Assembly: GCA_022840695.1 (NCBI GenBank)
Contig: JALHDC010000006.1
Location: forward strand, 1-33,353
Length of the DNA: 33,353 nucleotides
Direction: 5' to 3'
Origin: a bacterium
GTDB taxonomy: Bacteria; Patescibacteriota; Dojkabacteria; SC72
The translations under genes were made by a program, and so were the position numbers. Below, in pieces: positions 1 through 9,984 of the stretch (positions are counted from its first letter, which is position 1; each line of letters starts with the position of its first letter). A model generated the notes under the pieces. The model was given only the letters and a program-made list of their open reading frames with translations. It had not been told where the DNA came from and did no database searches.

Positions 1-1145
1 AGATAATGAAAAAGAGATAGAGAAAATATGGGATCAATATGAAAAACCCGTAGTTATAAAACCAACAGGTTTGACAGGAGGAAAAGGTGTGACAACAGGC
101 ATAACGAGTATAGAAGATGCTAAAAAAGCATATAAATGGGCAGTAGAAATGGTAAATGAAAAAAATAGATTGGAATGGCAAACAAGAATAATGATACAAG
201 AACAAATTAAAGGAGAGGATTACAGAATATTAGTAGTAAATGGTAAATTGGAAATAGCTACAAAAAGAATTCCTGCATTTGTAATAGGGAATGGTAAGAA
301 AACAGTAAAAGAATTAATTGAAGAAACAAACAAAGATCCTAGAAGAGATATTACAAATCCTGCTCATATCTTAAAACCGATAGTTACCGATAGTTATAGA
401 CACACCACTACTCGATTTTCTTAAAGAACAGAAAATTTCTCTTGAATATATACCTAAAAAAGAAGAAAGAGTTGTAGTGAGAAAGGTTGCAAGTATGAGT
501 CAAGGAGGTATTACAGAAGACTATACAGAGAAAGTAAGTCCTGAGATTAAATATATTGTTGAAAGTATAGCAAAATCCATTCATGCATTTGTTATAGGTG
601 TAGATGTATTTTGCCAAGATATCAGTAAACCTCTAACAAAGGAAAATGGAGGAATCTTAGAGATAAATACTATGCCTGAGGCATATCTAAATCTATATCC
701 TGTAATAGGAAAACAACGAGAATATGTCATAGACACATATGTTGAGAAGCTATTGAAAGAAAATACCACTGAAAAAATAGTAGTTATCGGTCAATTCAAT
801 AAAGATATCCCTACTCTTCTAAGGCAAAAAACATTCTTCGGATCATATTTAGAAGATACAGATTACATTGGAGAATTTAAAGAAGGAGATCTTTTCATAA
901 ATTCACTTAAAATTAATTCTGGACTGGATAAGGGAAAGACATTAGAAGGGTTGAAAGTTAATGCCCTACTTGATGCGATAATTATTCATCATAGAGATTG
1001 GGAAGATGTTATCAGCACAGGATTAGGATTTGATAGAATAGATTTAGTAATTCTAAGTAAAGAAATCTCTTTAAATAAAGAATATATGCATTTACTCAGA
1101 AAATATAAAAGAAAAGGATTTATTGAAAAAATTAAAATAATCTAA
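1..1145 (+). pseudogene. Cyanophycin synthetase (CphA)-like ATP-grasp ligase, 5'-truncated by the window and frameshifted by a 10-bp duplication at 376-395
   Basis: The frame open from position 2 reads ...KPVVIKPTGLTGGKGVTTGI...IQEQIKGEDYRILVVNGK...KRIPAFVIGNGKKTVKELIEETNKDPRR, typical of CphA/GshAB ATP-grasp domains. Removing one ACCGATAGTT copy gives LKPIVIDTPLLDFLKEQ...RVVVRKVASMSQGG, joining ORF 477-1145 (GVDV...ILEINTMP). The C-terminal GLGFDRIDLVIL resembles a CphA Mur-ligase remnant. Confidence 0.8.
376..395 (+). repeat. Perfect 10-bp tandem duplication (ACCGATAGTT x2)
   Basis: Read directly: 376-385 equals 386-395. It causes the stop at 422-424. Confidence 0.95.
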
Positions 1146-1152
1146 AATAAAA

Positions 1153-2106
1153 ATGAAATATTTAATAATAGATAAAAGACAAAGGGTAGAAGTAGAAACT
1201 ATGGGAGAAATTCCTACAGGATCTGCAAGATTAGTTGAGGAGTTAGGAAAGAGAAATATAGAATATGATTTCGTATACAACGACCAATTGGAGTTTCTTT
1301 TCTCTGATGGAAAGATTCAAATAAGGGCTAATGATAAGGATATTTTAGAATATACACATATCATATTTAGAGGACACAGCTTAGATTCTGAGAAGGAATA
1401 TCATTTCAAGAGATATATAATAGATTATGTAGATGAATATAACGAAACCAATCCTGAGAAGAAGATATTGGTACAGAATTCAGAAGCAATAAAGAGATTC
1501 CCCTATTACAACAAAATAGCCATAGCTATGCTTTGTCATAAACATAATCTTCCTCACTTTAATACATATTTTAGAAGCGATGGAGAATACAGTAAAGAAA
1601 GGGGTATGTTAAATGAGTATCCATTAATAATGAAGGAATATACTGGCAAAAACAGATTAGAGATTATAGACGGAAAAGAGAAAGTTAAGAAAAATGTATT
1701 CAAATTGGACAGCCAAGAGGATATAAAACAGGAGAATTTAAAAGATCAGGATCCTACAAATTTCTTTATTCAAGAATTTTCAGATAGTGGCGAAGATTAC
1801 AGAATATTTGTTAAATTAGGAAAAGTTATAGGAGGATGGAAGAGAAAGGCATCAGAAGGTATCATGACTGTACTTAGGGGCGAATACGAAATGTACAATG
1901 AACCTAATGAAGAAATAAGGGAAATTGCAGAAAAAATGGCAAATGTATTAGATGCAGACTTTATGGCAGTAGACTTTATGTATATACATGATAAGCCTCA
2001 TATACAGGAAATTAGCTTCCATCCAGGATATAAAGCATATGAGAATAAAATAGAGGGAGAACCCGTAAATATTGCAGAAGCGATTATAACTGCATTTAAG
2101 GGATAA
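1153..2106 (+). CDS. RimK-like ATP-grasp peptide/amino-acid ligase
   Basis: 317 aa with NK...L...NLPHFNT, YPLIMK, FFIQEF...GEDYRIFV..GKVIG, DFMAVDF...IQEISFHPG, the ATP-grasp motif order. Confidence 0.8.
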   Translation: MKYLIIDKRQRVEVETMGEIPTGSARLVEELGKRNIEYDFVYNDQLEFLFSDGKIQIRANDKDILEYTHIIFRGHSLDSEKEYHFKRYIIDYVDEYNETNPEKKILVQNSEAIKRFPYYNKIAIAMLCHKHNLPHFNTYFRSDGEYSKERGMLNEYPLIMKEYTGKNRLEIIDGKEKVKKNVFKLDSQEDIKQENLKDQDPTNFFIQEFSDSGEDYRIFVKLGKVIGGWKRKASEGIMTVLRGEYEMYNEPNEEIREIAEKMANVLDADFMAVDFMYIHDKPHIQEISFHPGYKAYENKIEGEPVNIAEAIITAFKG

Positions 2107-3264
2107 CTATATTCCTGCCTTTTTGAATATTTCTAACCATCTTTCTTTGGTTGGAATATCCTTAGCCCTCGGAATTAATCCTTCCCTAACCCATTCACAC
2201 TGTTTAAAACCAATTTTTCCGGAATAAAGTAGATCATACAAAGAGGAATCCTTCTCCAGTTTACTTAAAACTCTTCTAAATCCTCTAAAGTATGCAACAT
2301 CCTTACCATACAAACCACCGTATGAGGTATCACTTAATCCTCTCTTTATTCTATAAACCACATCAAAAGATGCATATTTAGGGAGAGAACCCAACATGCA
2401 GTTATATAATTCTCTAAAACTCATATCTTCTCCAATATATAATGCATATACCAACGCAGCCTTCTTCTTTAACCAATCCTCTGTTAAAAGACCTAAATTA
2501 TTCTCATTCCAAGTAGCTAAACCCTCTTCCACATCTAAATATGACGGAAGATTTGGCTTACTTAAAGCTTCAAAACCACTTCCCAATCCATTGTTCGCTC
2601 TTAAAACATGTGTCCCTACTTCATGGACAATTGTCTTTCTTAATTTGAACTTACTTCTCTCAATATCAGGATCAACTAAAATCTTTTTAGTTTTAATACC
2701 AACCTTAACTCCATTTTTTGCTATGTTCATAGATTTATCTACTGCCCAACCATCTAGACCCAACTCTTTAAAAACTATATCAAAAACCTTATTTATCTCA
2801 TCATATTTTAAAATTTCTTTCTCCCCAGGCTTCCTCTCTACCAAGTTATATACATCAACCTTTCCTCGAAGAACCCTACATGCATTCCTAAAGAGTTTGG
2901 ATGATGGCTTCCCGTACCTATTCATGGAAATCTCCGTTACCAATTCATTGTCCCCCACCGCATACATTAAATCATTTGCTTCTTTCTTTGATTCGATTAA
3001 ATTAATATAGAATTCTGATATTCTAGGATCCACATCAGATATCTCCTCCACACAAGAAAGTTTCTTTAATATCTCCTTGTTAATATTCTTTACAATTCTG
3101 TATTGAAACTGTGGATTATATGTATCTGAGTTAAAAAATTTCTTCTTCTCAATATCTAAATTGGTTGGAGTAAATACTAAGGAAGTAGGAAGCCTTAATT
3201 CTTCCAAAAGATTGGTTACTTCTGCCAAACTCAATACTTTTTTCGATCTACTAAATAATGCCAT
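2107..3264 (-). CDS. DUF1704 family zinc metallopeptidase (QEGLA-motif / MATCAP-like tyrosine-phenylalanine carboxypeptidase domain)
   Basis: HEVGTHVLRANNG (HExxxH), VEEGLA, RIKRG, KDVAYFRG and LYSGKI motifs. Confidence 0.85.
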   Translation of the reverse strand: MALFSRSKKVLSLAEVTNLLEELRLPTSLVFTPTNLDIEKKKFFNSDTYNPQFQYRIVKNINKEILKKLSCVEEISDVDPRISEFYINLIESKKEANDLMYAVGDNELVTEISMNRYGKPSSKLFRNACRVLRGKVDVYNLVERKPGEKEILKYDEINKVFDIVFKELGLDGWAVDKSMNIAKNGVKVGIKTKKILVDPDIERSKFKLRKTIVHEVGTHVLRANNGLGSGFEALSKPNLPSYLDVEEGLATWNENNLGLLTEDWLKKKAALVYALYIGEDMSFRELYNCMLGSLPKYASFDVVYRIKRGLSDTSYGGLYGKDVAYFRGFRRVLSKLEKDSSLYDLLYSGKIGFKQCEWVREGLIPRAKDIPTKERWLEIFKKAGI

Positions 3265-3296
3265 CCATACATTCTACTTAAATATTTTTGAAAAGG

Positions 3297-4316
3297 CTAC
3301 CTTCGAAAATCTCGATTAAATGAAAAAACCCTCTCTCCTGAAGCTAGTAATTCTAAAGCAATACCGGTACCTTTTGCTACACAGTATATGGGTTCATCTG
3401 CTACATGGGAAGGCACCCCCGTTGCCTTAGAAAAGAGTCTATCCAAATTTCTCAATTTTGCAGTACCACCACTCATTACTAAACCTCTATCAATTATATC
3501 TGCAGAAAGCTCTGGAGGTGTCTTTTCTAAAACCATTTGTATACTTCTAATTATGTTCCTTAAGGGGATTTCAACAGCCTTAGCTATATCATTTGAATCA
3601 ACTACAATTGATTTTGGCATTCCAGCTCCCACATCCCTACCACGAACCTCCATTTCTTTTGGATCTTTTACTTCCACAGCAGACCCTATTTTAATTTTTA
3701 TATCTTCAGCAGTTTGCTCCCCTACTAAAATACCTTTTTTCTTTCTCATAAATGAAATAATGCTCTCATTTATGGCATCACCAGCAACTCTTAGAGACTC
3801 ATACTCAACTATTCCATCTAGAGACATTACAGCAACCTCAGTTGTACCTCCACCCATATTTACAATCATATTCCCTGCTGATTTATCTATTGGTAATCCC
3901 GCACCCAATGCTGCTAAAAGAGGTTCCGGCAACAAGGTTATGCTTCTGGATCCAACAGCATTAGCAGCTTTTAATACAGCTCTCTGTTCTACAGTGGTTA
4001 TTCCTGCAGGCACACTTATAACTACATCAGGTTTAAAGAACCTAGATTTACCCAAAGCAGTATCAAAGAAATGCTTGAGCAAAGCTTCTGTTACTCTTGA
4101 ATCGGCAATAACACCGTTTCTTAAGGGTCTCTTTGCAACAATATTCTCAGGTGTCTTACCTATCATTTTCTTAGCCTTCTCTCCTACTGCAATTACTGTA
4201 AAAGTATTAACATCTATGGCAACAACAGTAGGTTCTATGAGAACAATACCTTCACCTTGTAAAAATACTACTGAATTTGCTGTACCTAGGTCTATACCTA
4301 ATTTTTTACCTATCAT
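3297..4316 (-). CDS. mreB: Rod shape-determining actin-like ATPase MreB/Mbl
   Basis: LGIDLGTAN, EPTVVA, RPLRNGVIAD, GGGTTEVA, AEDIKIKIG, LEKTPPELSADI. Confidence 0.95.
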   Translation of the reverse strand: MIGKKLGIDLGTANSVVFLQGEGIVLIEPTVVAIDVNTFTVIAVGEKAKKMIGKTPENIVAKRPLRNGVIADSRVTEALLKHFFDTALGKSRFFKPDVVISVPAGITTVEQRAVLKAANAVGSRSITLLPEPLLAALGAGLPIDKSAGNMIVNMGGGTTEVAVMSLDGIVEYESLRVAGDAINESIISFMRKKKGILVGEQTAEDIKIKIGSAVEVKDPKEMEVRGRDVGAGMPKSIVVDSNDIAKAVEIPLRNIIRSIQMVLEKTPPELSADIIDRGLVMSGGTAKLRNLDRLFSKATGVPSHVADEPIYCVAKGTGIALELLASGERVFSFNRDFRR

Positions 4317-4343
4317 ACAAAGCTGAAAACTATAAGTTATGTA

Positions 4344-5348
4344 CTATTTAAACTTTAACAACATAGCCTCTTTCATTTGATCAGCTATTCCACGAGCTAT
4401 TCCTGAGACCTTATTACTTCCTTCCAAAGCCTTAGCTAAAAGCTCACCTTTCATTCCCTCTGCTTCTAACCTTCGCTCCCTTATTGGTGTTAGCCTCTCG
4501 TTCATCACCTCGAACAACTTTTCTTTAACCTCAACATCCTTTATCTTTCCCTCCCTGTATCTGTCTTTCATTTCCTCAACCTCTTCCTTATTATCATTAA
4601 ACAAATCATGATATACAAAAGCTATATTCCCCTCTATCTTTCCTGGATCAGTAGCATGTATTCTATTCGGATCAGTGTAAACTTTAAAAATCTTCTTCCT
4701 TAATTCTTCCTCTGTGTCAGATAAATATATAGCATTATTCAAACTCTTCCCCATCTTCTCTCCTCCATCTATCCCTGGCACATTAACCTCCACACCAAAC
4801 AATGCTTGAGGTTCATTTAAAATATTTACCCCATATGTTTTATTAAACTTCCTGGTCAATTCTCTAGTATCTTCAACCATAGGAGCTTGATCAACTCCAA
4901 CAGGGACTAAATCTGCATTAACACACAATATGTCCGCAGTTTGATGTATGGGATACAAAAAAAAGCCTAAAGGTGTGGACCCTTCCATTCCCTTCTGTGC
5001 CATCTCTGTCTTTATAGTTGGATTATGCTGTATCTGTTGAACAGTCGCAAAATTAGAAAGATATATGAAAATTTCATGTATCTCAGGAACCTCGCTCTGA
5101 AGAAATACTGTTGCCTTGCCAAAATCCAGACCAGAAGCATAATAATCACAAAGTACCTCCTCGATATTTTCTCTAACTTTTCCTGGATTATCAAAATTAT
5201 CAGCCAAAGCCTGAACATTAGCTACAATTATAAACTCCTCATACTCATCCTGAAGCTTTGCTCTATTCTGCAATGTCCCCAAAAGATGACCAATATGTAA
5301 TTTACCTGTTGGCCTATCCCCTGTTAAAATTCTCTTCTTCTTTTCCAT
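4344..5348 (-). CDS. trpS: Tryptophan--tRNA ligase
   Basis: [14 protein letters not shown] (HIGH), VPVGVDQ, KMGKS (KMSKS-like), TDP..IHATDPG. Confidence 0.97.
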   Translation of the reverse strand: MEKKKRILTGDRPTGKLHIGHLLGTLQNRAKLQDEYEEFIIVANVQALADNFDNPGKVRENIEEVLCDYYASGLDFGKATVFLQSEVPEIHEIFIYLSNFATVQQIQHNPTIKTEMAQKGMEGSTPLGFFLYPIHQTADILCVNADLVPVGVDQAPMVEDTRELTRKFNKTYGVNILNEPQALFGVEVNVPGIDGGEKMGKSLNNAIYLSDTEEELRKKIFKVYTDPNRIHATDPGKIEGNIAFVYHDLFNDNKEEVEEMKDRYREGKIKDVEVKEKLFEVMNERLTPIRERRLEAEGMKGELLAKALEGSNKVSGIARGIADQMKEAMLLKFK

Positions 5349-5356
5349 AATACACT

Positions 5357-5365
5357 ATTCTAACA
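5357..5365 (-). promoter_or_regulatory. Extended -10 promoter (TGTTAGAAT) for trpS, probably leaderless
   Basis: TGnTAnnnT ending 8 nt before the ATG at 5348, with no SD sequence. Confidence 0.55.
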
Positions 5366-5380
5366 ACTTCCTTCTCATTA

Positions 5381-5389
5381 TGCTATACT
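5381..5389 (+). promoter_or_regulatory. Extended -10 promoter (TGCTATACT) for the PEGA gene, probably leaderless
   Basis: TGnTATACT ending 7 nt before the ATG at 5397, with no SD sequence. Confidence 0.6.
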
Positions 5390-5396
5390 TTCTCCA

Positions 5397-6926
5397 ATGA
5401 AAACCCCCAACAAAAAAAATAGTATTAACCCTAAAAAATTCGCTCTATCCCTCCTATCTACAATCTTCATAATTGGAGGATCATTCCTCATTTACTACTT
5501 CTCAAAAGGATACAGAATCGATATATCAAAAAAAGATATAAAAAAGACAGGAGTCATAATTGTAGAAACAGAACCATCCTTTGCGAACCTATACATCAAC
5601 TCAAATAGTGTTGGAAGAACACCCAGAAGTAGAACACTTGATGTTGGAACACATAAAATATCCATCTGGAAAGATGGATACAGAGAATGGAACAAAGATG
5701 TTGAAATACTCGAAGAAAAATCTACCCCCATATTCCCATTCCTCATACTAGAAGAATTACCAAAAAGTACCCTATGGGAATCTAAAGCTACAATAGATAA
5801 GTATTGGATTAGTAAGTACAACGATTACTTTGTATTCCTACAAAAAGACTCCGACACCACCTACTCTCTCTGGCACTACAGGATTAATACTACACTATGG
5901 AGCCTAAACCAAAACCCTATACAAATACTGCCTTTAGAAACAAATAATATTGAAATACAAATATCACCGAATGGACTACTAGCACTCCTAACTGTAAATG
6001 AGGAGCCAGACAAAAAAACATACCTACTAGAACTACAAAAACCAACAACATTAGAAAATCTAACCCCATTGGAAATATCAGATCTTAACAACTATACAAT
6101 CACATGGGCTAAAGATAATAGATATCTAGTATTAGAATCCTCTGAAGACATAATATCACTCGATACAGTTAGAAACATAAGATACCTACTTACAAAAAAA
6201 TCAGCAAATCAAGAATACATATGGACAACAGATGAGGAATCCTTCTTCTACACAATAGAACCGTTACATAAAGAGGAAGATAGTACATACACATATGCAC
6301 TAAGACAAATAAAACTTGATGGAAGCAACCCAGCATACACAATAGAAAAAATATACTTCCAAAAAGATTCTAAATATATAGAACACTACAGAAATAATGG
6401 CACTGAATACCCAGAATTTTCTAATTCTCCACAATCAACACAAACTACAGGACAAATTACATACTTCGAAGTAAACCAGACAGCCAAAGGAGTCTACATC
6501 AAAACAGATACATCAACATACTGGTATGACATGCTGAAAAATAAATACAGAATGATTTCCCCATACCCAGCAGAATTAATTCAATTCTCTCCTGATTCGA
6601 GAAAACTACTCCTTGCAAACGGAGAAAGCCTCTATGTCTTCACCTTCGACAAAGAAGAGGCAGACCATACAGAAACAATAGGAAGTAAAAAGATTGACAA
6701 CTTAATGAAAGATCAAGTCTCAAATATCAATTGGCTATCAAACTCCTCATATGTATACTTCCTCAAAGACAACACCTTACACATAAGTGAAAAAGACGGA
6801 GAAAATGACCAGCAAGTACTCAATATGGAAAATATCCTCCTCTATTCCATAAAAACATCAAGAGAACACATAATAACCCTCGAACAAAACGAAAAATTCT
6901 CAATCAATCAATACAAGATTCAATAA
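5397..6926 (+). CDS. Membrane-anchored PEGA-domain protein with a probable C-terminal beta-propeller
   Basis: N-terminal TM helix, then GYR.D, TGVIIVETEP..A.LYIN...GRTP...G.H.ISIWKDGYREW (PEGA). TolB-like ISPNG, WAKDN, FSPDS and WLSNS blades follow. Confidence 0.8.
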   Translation: MKTPNKKNSINPKKFALSLLSTIFIIGGSFLIYYFSKGYRIDISKKDIKKTGVIIVETEPSFANLYINSNSVGRTPRSRTLDVGTHKISIWKDGYREWNKDVEILEEKSTPIFPFLILEELPKSTLWESKATIDKYWISKYNDYFVFLQKDSDTTYSLWHYRINTTLWSLNQNPIQILPLETNNIEIQISPNGLLALLTVNEEPDKKTYLLELQKPTTLENLTPLEISDLNNYTITWAKDNRYLVLESSEDIISLDTVRNIRYLLTKKSANQEYIWTTDEESFFYTIEPLHKEEDSTYTYALRQIKLDGSNPAYTIEKIYFQKDSKYIEHYRNNGTEYPEFSNSPQSTQTTGQITYFEVNQTAKGVYIKTDTSTYWYDMLKNKYRMISPYPAELIQFSPDSRKLLLANGESLYVFTFDKEEADHTETIGSKKIDNLMKDQVSNINWLSNSSYVYFLKDNTLHISEKDGENDQQVLNMENILLYSIKTSREHIITLEQNEKFSINQYKIQ

Positions 6927-6930
6927 AATA

Positions 6931-7004
6931 CGCACCCGGTCGGAATCGAACCAACAACCTACGCGTTAGGAGTGCGTTGCTCTATCCTATTGAGCTACGG
7001 GTGC
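6931..7004 (-). tRNA. tRNA-Arg(CCT)
   Basis: Reverse complement GCACCCG-TA-GCTC...GAGC-A-ACGCA-CTCCTAA-CGCGT...GTTGG-TTCGATT-CCGAC-CGGGTGC-G. One A-C mismatch in the anticodon stem. CCA is not encoded. Confidence 0.93.
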
Positions 7005-7106
7005 ACACTACCTTTAAGTAAGTGATTTCTCCTTTAACAGTATAGACTATATCACATTTTTCTTCCTTATTTAATATGCTATGGGACAGAAAATATGAAT
7101 AATTCA

Positions 7107-7115
7107 TGATATAAT
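7107..7115 (+). promoter_or_regulatory. Extended -10 promoter (TGATATAAT) for uvrA
   Basis: Consensus TGnTATAAT ending 10 nt before the ATG at 7126. Confidence 0.6.
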
Positions 7116-7125
7116 TAAGGTTGAT

Positions 7126-9984
7126 ATGAAGCAAAATTTCATTGAAATAAAAGGTGCACGAGAGAACAATCTAAAAAATATCTCAGTAGATATTCCCAAA
7201 AACAAATTAGTTGTTCTAACAGGAGTATCAGGGAGTGGTAAAACCTCCCTAGCATTTGACACCCTCTATGCAGAAGGACAAAGAAGATATGTAGAATCTC
7301 TTTCCTCCTATGCTAGACAATTTCTTGGAGTAATGAAAAAACCAGATGTAGACTCAATAACTGGACTCTCTCCCGCAATATCCATCGACCAAAAAACAAC
7401 ATCCACGAACCCAAGATCAACGGTAGGAACAATAACAGAGATATACAACCACCTTCGACTACTCTACGGACATGTAGGACAACCCCACTGTCCACAATGT
7501 GGAGTCCCGGTTCAAGCACAAACCATAGAAGAAATATCAAAAAAAGTACTCAACCACATAAAAGGTTCCACACAAAAGATACAGATAGTTTCACCCCTTA
7601 TAAAAAACAGGAAAGGACAATTCTTTTCTCTTTTTGACAAATTACTAAACCAAGGATTCCTTCGAGTAATAATTGATAACGATCTGTATCTCTTAGATGA
7701 CATAGAAAACATAAAAATAGATGAAAATAAAAAACATACAGTAGATCTAGTCATTGACAGATTAGAAACAAAAGATATTCAAACCAAAGAATTTCAAAAA
7801 AGGCTCCTAGATGCAATAGAATTAGCAACAACACAATCAGATGGAGAAGTAAAAGTCCTTACAGAAAAAGACTCTCTCTTCTTTTCTGAGAACAATACCT
7901 GCTTTAAATGTGGCCTCTCATACCCTAAAATAACACCAGCATCGTTCTCATTTAACTCCCCAGAAGGAGCTTGTAATGAATGTACAGGGATTGGAACATT
8001 AAAAGAAATAGATGTAGAACTCCTTTACAACCCCAACCTAACAATATCGGAAGGTGGAATATTTCCTTGGGGAAATAGAACAACAAAAGATTCTTGGACT
8101 ACAAGAATATTAAAAGAAGTAGCAAAAAGACATAACTTTGACCTTAAAACCCCGATAGGAAAATATCCAAAAGAAATATTCGATCTTCTCTTCTATGGGA
8201 CAGGAGTAAAACCTCCATACGAAATAATATACACCAACAGATTTGGACGAACTAATACCTACAGTACAGAATATGAAGGAGTCGTTAATGATTTAAAGAG
8301 AAGGTATAAAGAAACTAATTCCGAATACTCTAGGATTGAAATAGAAAAGTATATGAAGGAATCTCAATGCCCAGTTTGCAACGGAAAACGATTAAAACCA
8401 TACTCCCTTGGTGTTTTAATAAATAAAAAGAATATAGATGATGTGACAAATATGTCTATAGCAGAAGCAAAGACATTTCTAGAGGATCTCAAATTGGAAG
8501 GAAATAAAAAAGAAATAGCAAAACCAATAGTTAAAGAAATACTAACAAGATTAGATTTTTTAACAAATGTTGGCCTTGAATATTTAACAATATCAAGAAA
8601 AGCAAGTACTCTCTCTGGAGGAGAATCACAAAGAATTAGATTAGCTTCACAAATAGGTACAGGTCTTTCAGGAGTGCTATATGTACTTGATGAACCTTCA
8701 ATAGGATTGCATCCAAAAGATGTCTCTAGATTAATTAAATCATTAAAAGATCTAAAAGAATTGGATAATACTGTAGTAATTGTTGAGCATGATGCAGAGA
8801 CTATGAGCCATGCTGACTGGATAATAGACATAGGTCCAAAAGCAGGCAAGCATGGTGGTGAAGTAGTTGCTAAAGGCACTTTTGAAGATATTAAGCATTC
8901 AGACAGCTTAACTGCGAAATATATCAATAAAGACCTAGTAGTCGGCCAAAATATAAGGAAGAGTAAAAAGGTAATAGAATCAAAATATATAAAAATGACA
9001 AATGTTAAAACACACAATTTAAAGAACTTAAATCTTAGGATCCCGCTAGGAAAGCTTATTTCAATAACTGGAGTTTCTGGCAGTGGCAAGTCTTCATTGA
9101 TAGAAAACACTCTTTATCCCGCCCTAATGAATAAAATTATGAATGGTAAACAAGTGGAAGGTGAATACAATGACATAGAAGGATTAGAATATATTAATAA
9201 AGTAATTGGCATTGATCAATCCCCTATAGGTCGTACTCCTCGATCAAACCCTGCCACATACACAGGCTTGTTTACCCCAATTCGAGAAGTTTTTGCCAAC
9301 ACCAATGAGGCGAAAGCCAGAGGATACAAATCAGGTCGATTCAGTTTCAATGTAAAAGGAGGCAGATGTGAAAAATGTAAGGGTGATGGTCAACTAAAAA
9401 TTGAAATGCAATTCCTTCCAGACATGTACATAACATGTGATGAATGTGAGGGCAGTAGGTACAATAAAGAGGCTCTACAAATAGATTTTAAAGGCAAAAA
9501 CATCGCAGATGTACTCAAAATGACCGTGGAAGATGCTTCAGAATTTTTTAAAAATATTCCGAATATTAAAAGAAAGCTTGATATACTAACGAAAGTTGGA
9601 CTAGGATACATAGAGCTAGGACAATCAGCGTTAACCTTATCTGGAGGAGAATCACAGAGAATAAAACTTGCTAAAGAACTATCGAAGATCTCCACTGGTC
9701 ATACTCTGTATATACTAGACGAGCCAACTACAGGCCTTCACTATTACGATATAGATAATCTAATGAATATTCTCACAGATTTAGTCTCGAAGGGGAATAG
9801 TGTATTAATTGTAGAGCATAATCTGGATGTAATTAAATTATCTGACTGGATTATTGACCTCGGCCCTACAGGAGGAGAGAAAGGAGGATACATTGTCGCA
9901 GAGGGTACAGTAGAAGATATAATAGCTCAAAAAGATAGTTACACTGGGAAATATTTAAAAGAATATCTAGAAAATGGCTTCTAA
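7126..9984 (+). CDS. uvrA: Excinuclease ABC subunit A
   Basis: GARENNLKN, two Walker A motifs (GVSGSGK), two LSGGE signatures, CxxC zinc fingers, GRTPRSNPATY. Confidence 0.98.
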   Translation: MKQNFIEIKGARENNLKNISVDIPKNKLVVLTGVSGSGKTSLAFDTLYAEGQRRYVESLSSYARQFLGVMKKPDVDSITGLSPAISIDQKTTSTNPRSTVGTITEIYNHLRLLYGHVGQPHCPQCGVPVQAQTIEEISKKVLNHIKGSTQKIQIVSPLIKNRKGQFFSLFDKLLNQGFLRVIIDNDLYLLDDIENIKIDENKKHTVDLVIDRLETKDIQTKEFQKRLLDAIELATTQSDGEVKVLTEKDSLFFSENNTCFKCGLSYPKITPASFSFNSPEGACNECTGIGTLKEIDVELLYNPNLTISEGGIFPWGNRTTKDSWTTRILKEVAKRHNFDLKTPIGKYPKEIFDLLFYGTGVKPPYEIIYTNRFGRTNTYSTEYEGVVNDLKRRYKETNSEYSRIEIEKYMKESQCPVCNGKRLKPYSLGVLINKKNIDDVTNMSIAEAKTFLEDLKLEGNKKEIAKPIVKEILTRLDFLTNVGLEYLTISRKASTLSGGESQRIRLASQIGTGLSGVLYVLDEPSIGLHPKDVSRLIKSLKDLKELDNTVVIVEHDAETMSHADWIIDIGPKAGKHGGEVVAKGTFEDIKHSDSLTAKYINKDLVVGQNIRKSKKVIESKYIKMTNVKTHNLKNLNLRIPLGKLISITGVSGSGKSSLIENTLYPALMNKIMNGKQVEGEYNDIEGLEYINKVIGIDQSPIGRTPRSNPATYTGLFTPIREVFANTNEAKARGYKSGRFSFNVKGGRCEKCKGDGQLKIEMQFLPDMYITCDECEGSRYNKEALQIDFKGKNIADVLKMTVEDASEFFKNIPNIKRKLDILTKVGLGYIELGQSALTLSGGESQRIKLAKELSKISTGHTLYILDEPTTGLHYYDIDNLMNILTDLVSKGNSVLIVEHNLDVIKLSDWIIDLGPTGGEKGGYIVAEGTVEDIIAQKDSYTGKYLKEYLENGF

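Noticed and set aside
71-424. ORFs 71-424 and 477-1145 as two independent genes
   Set aside because: They are halves of one gene split by the 10-bp duplication, and the first frame is open from the window start.
2396-4326. Long antisense ORFs (204 aa, 312 aa; likewise 8364-9110)
   Set aside because: Shadow frames opposite conserved genes, with Ser/Phe/Ile-biased composition and no recognisable motifs.
6961-6977. A31-C39 mismatch suggesting a tRNA-Arg(CCT) pseudogene
   Set aside because: A single mismatch at the loop-proximal pair. The rest of the cloverleaf and an upstream extended -10 (7054-7046) are intact.
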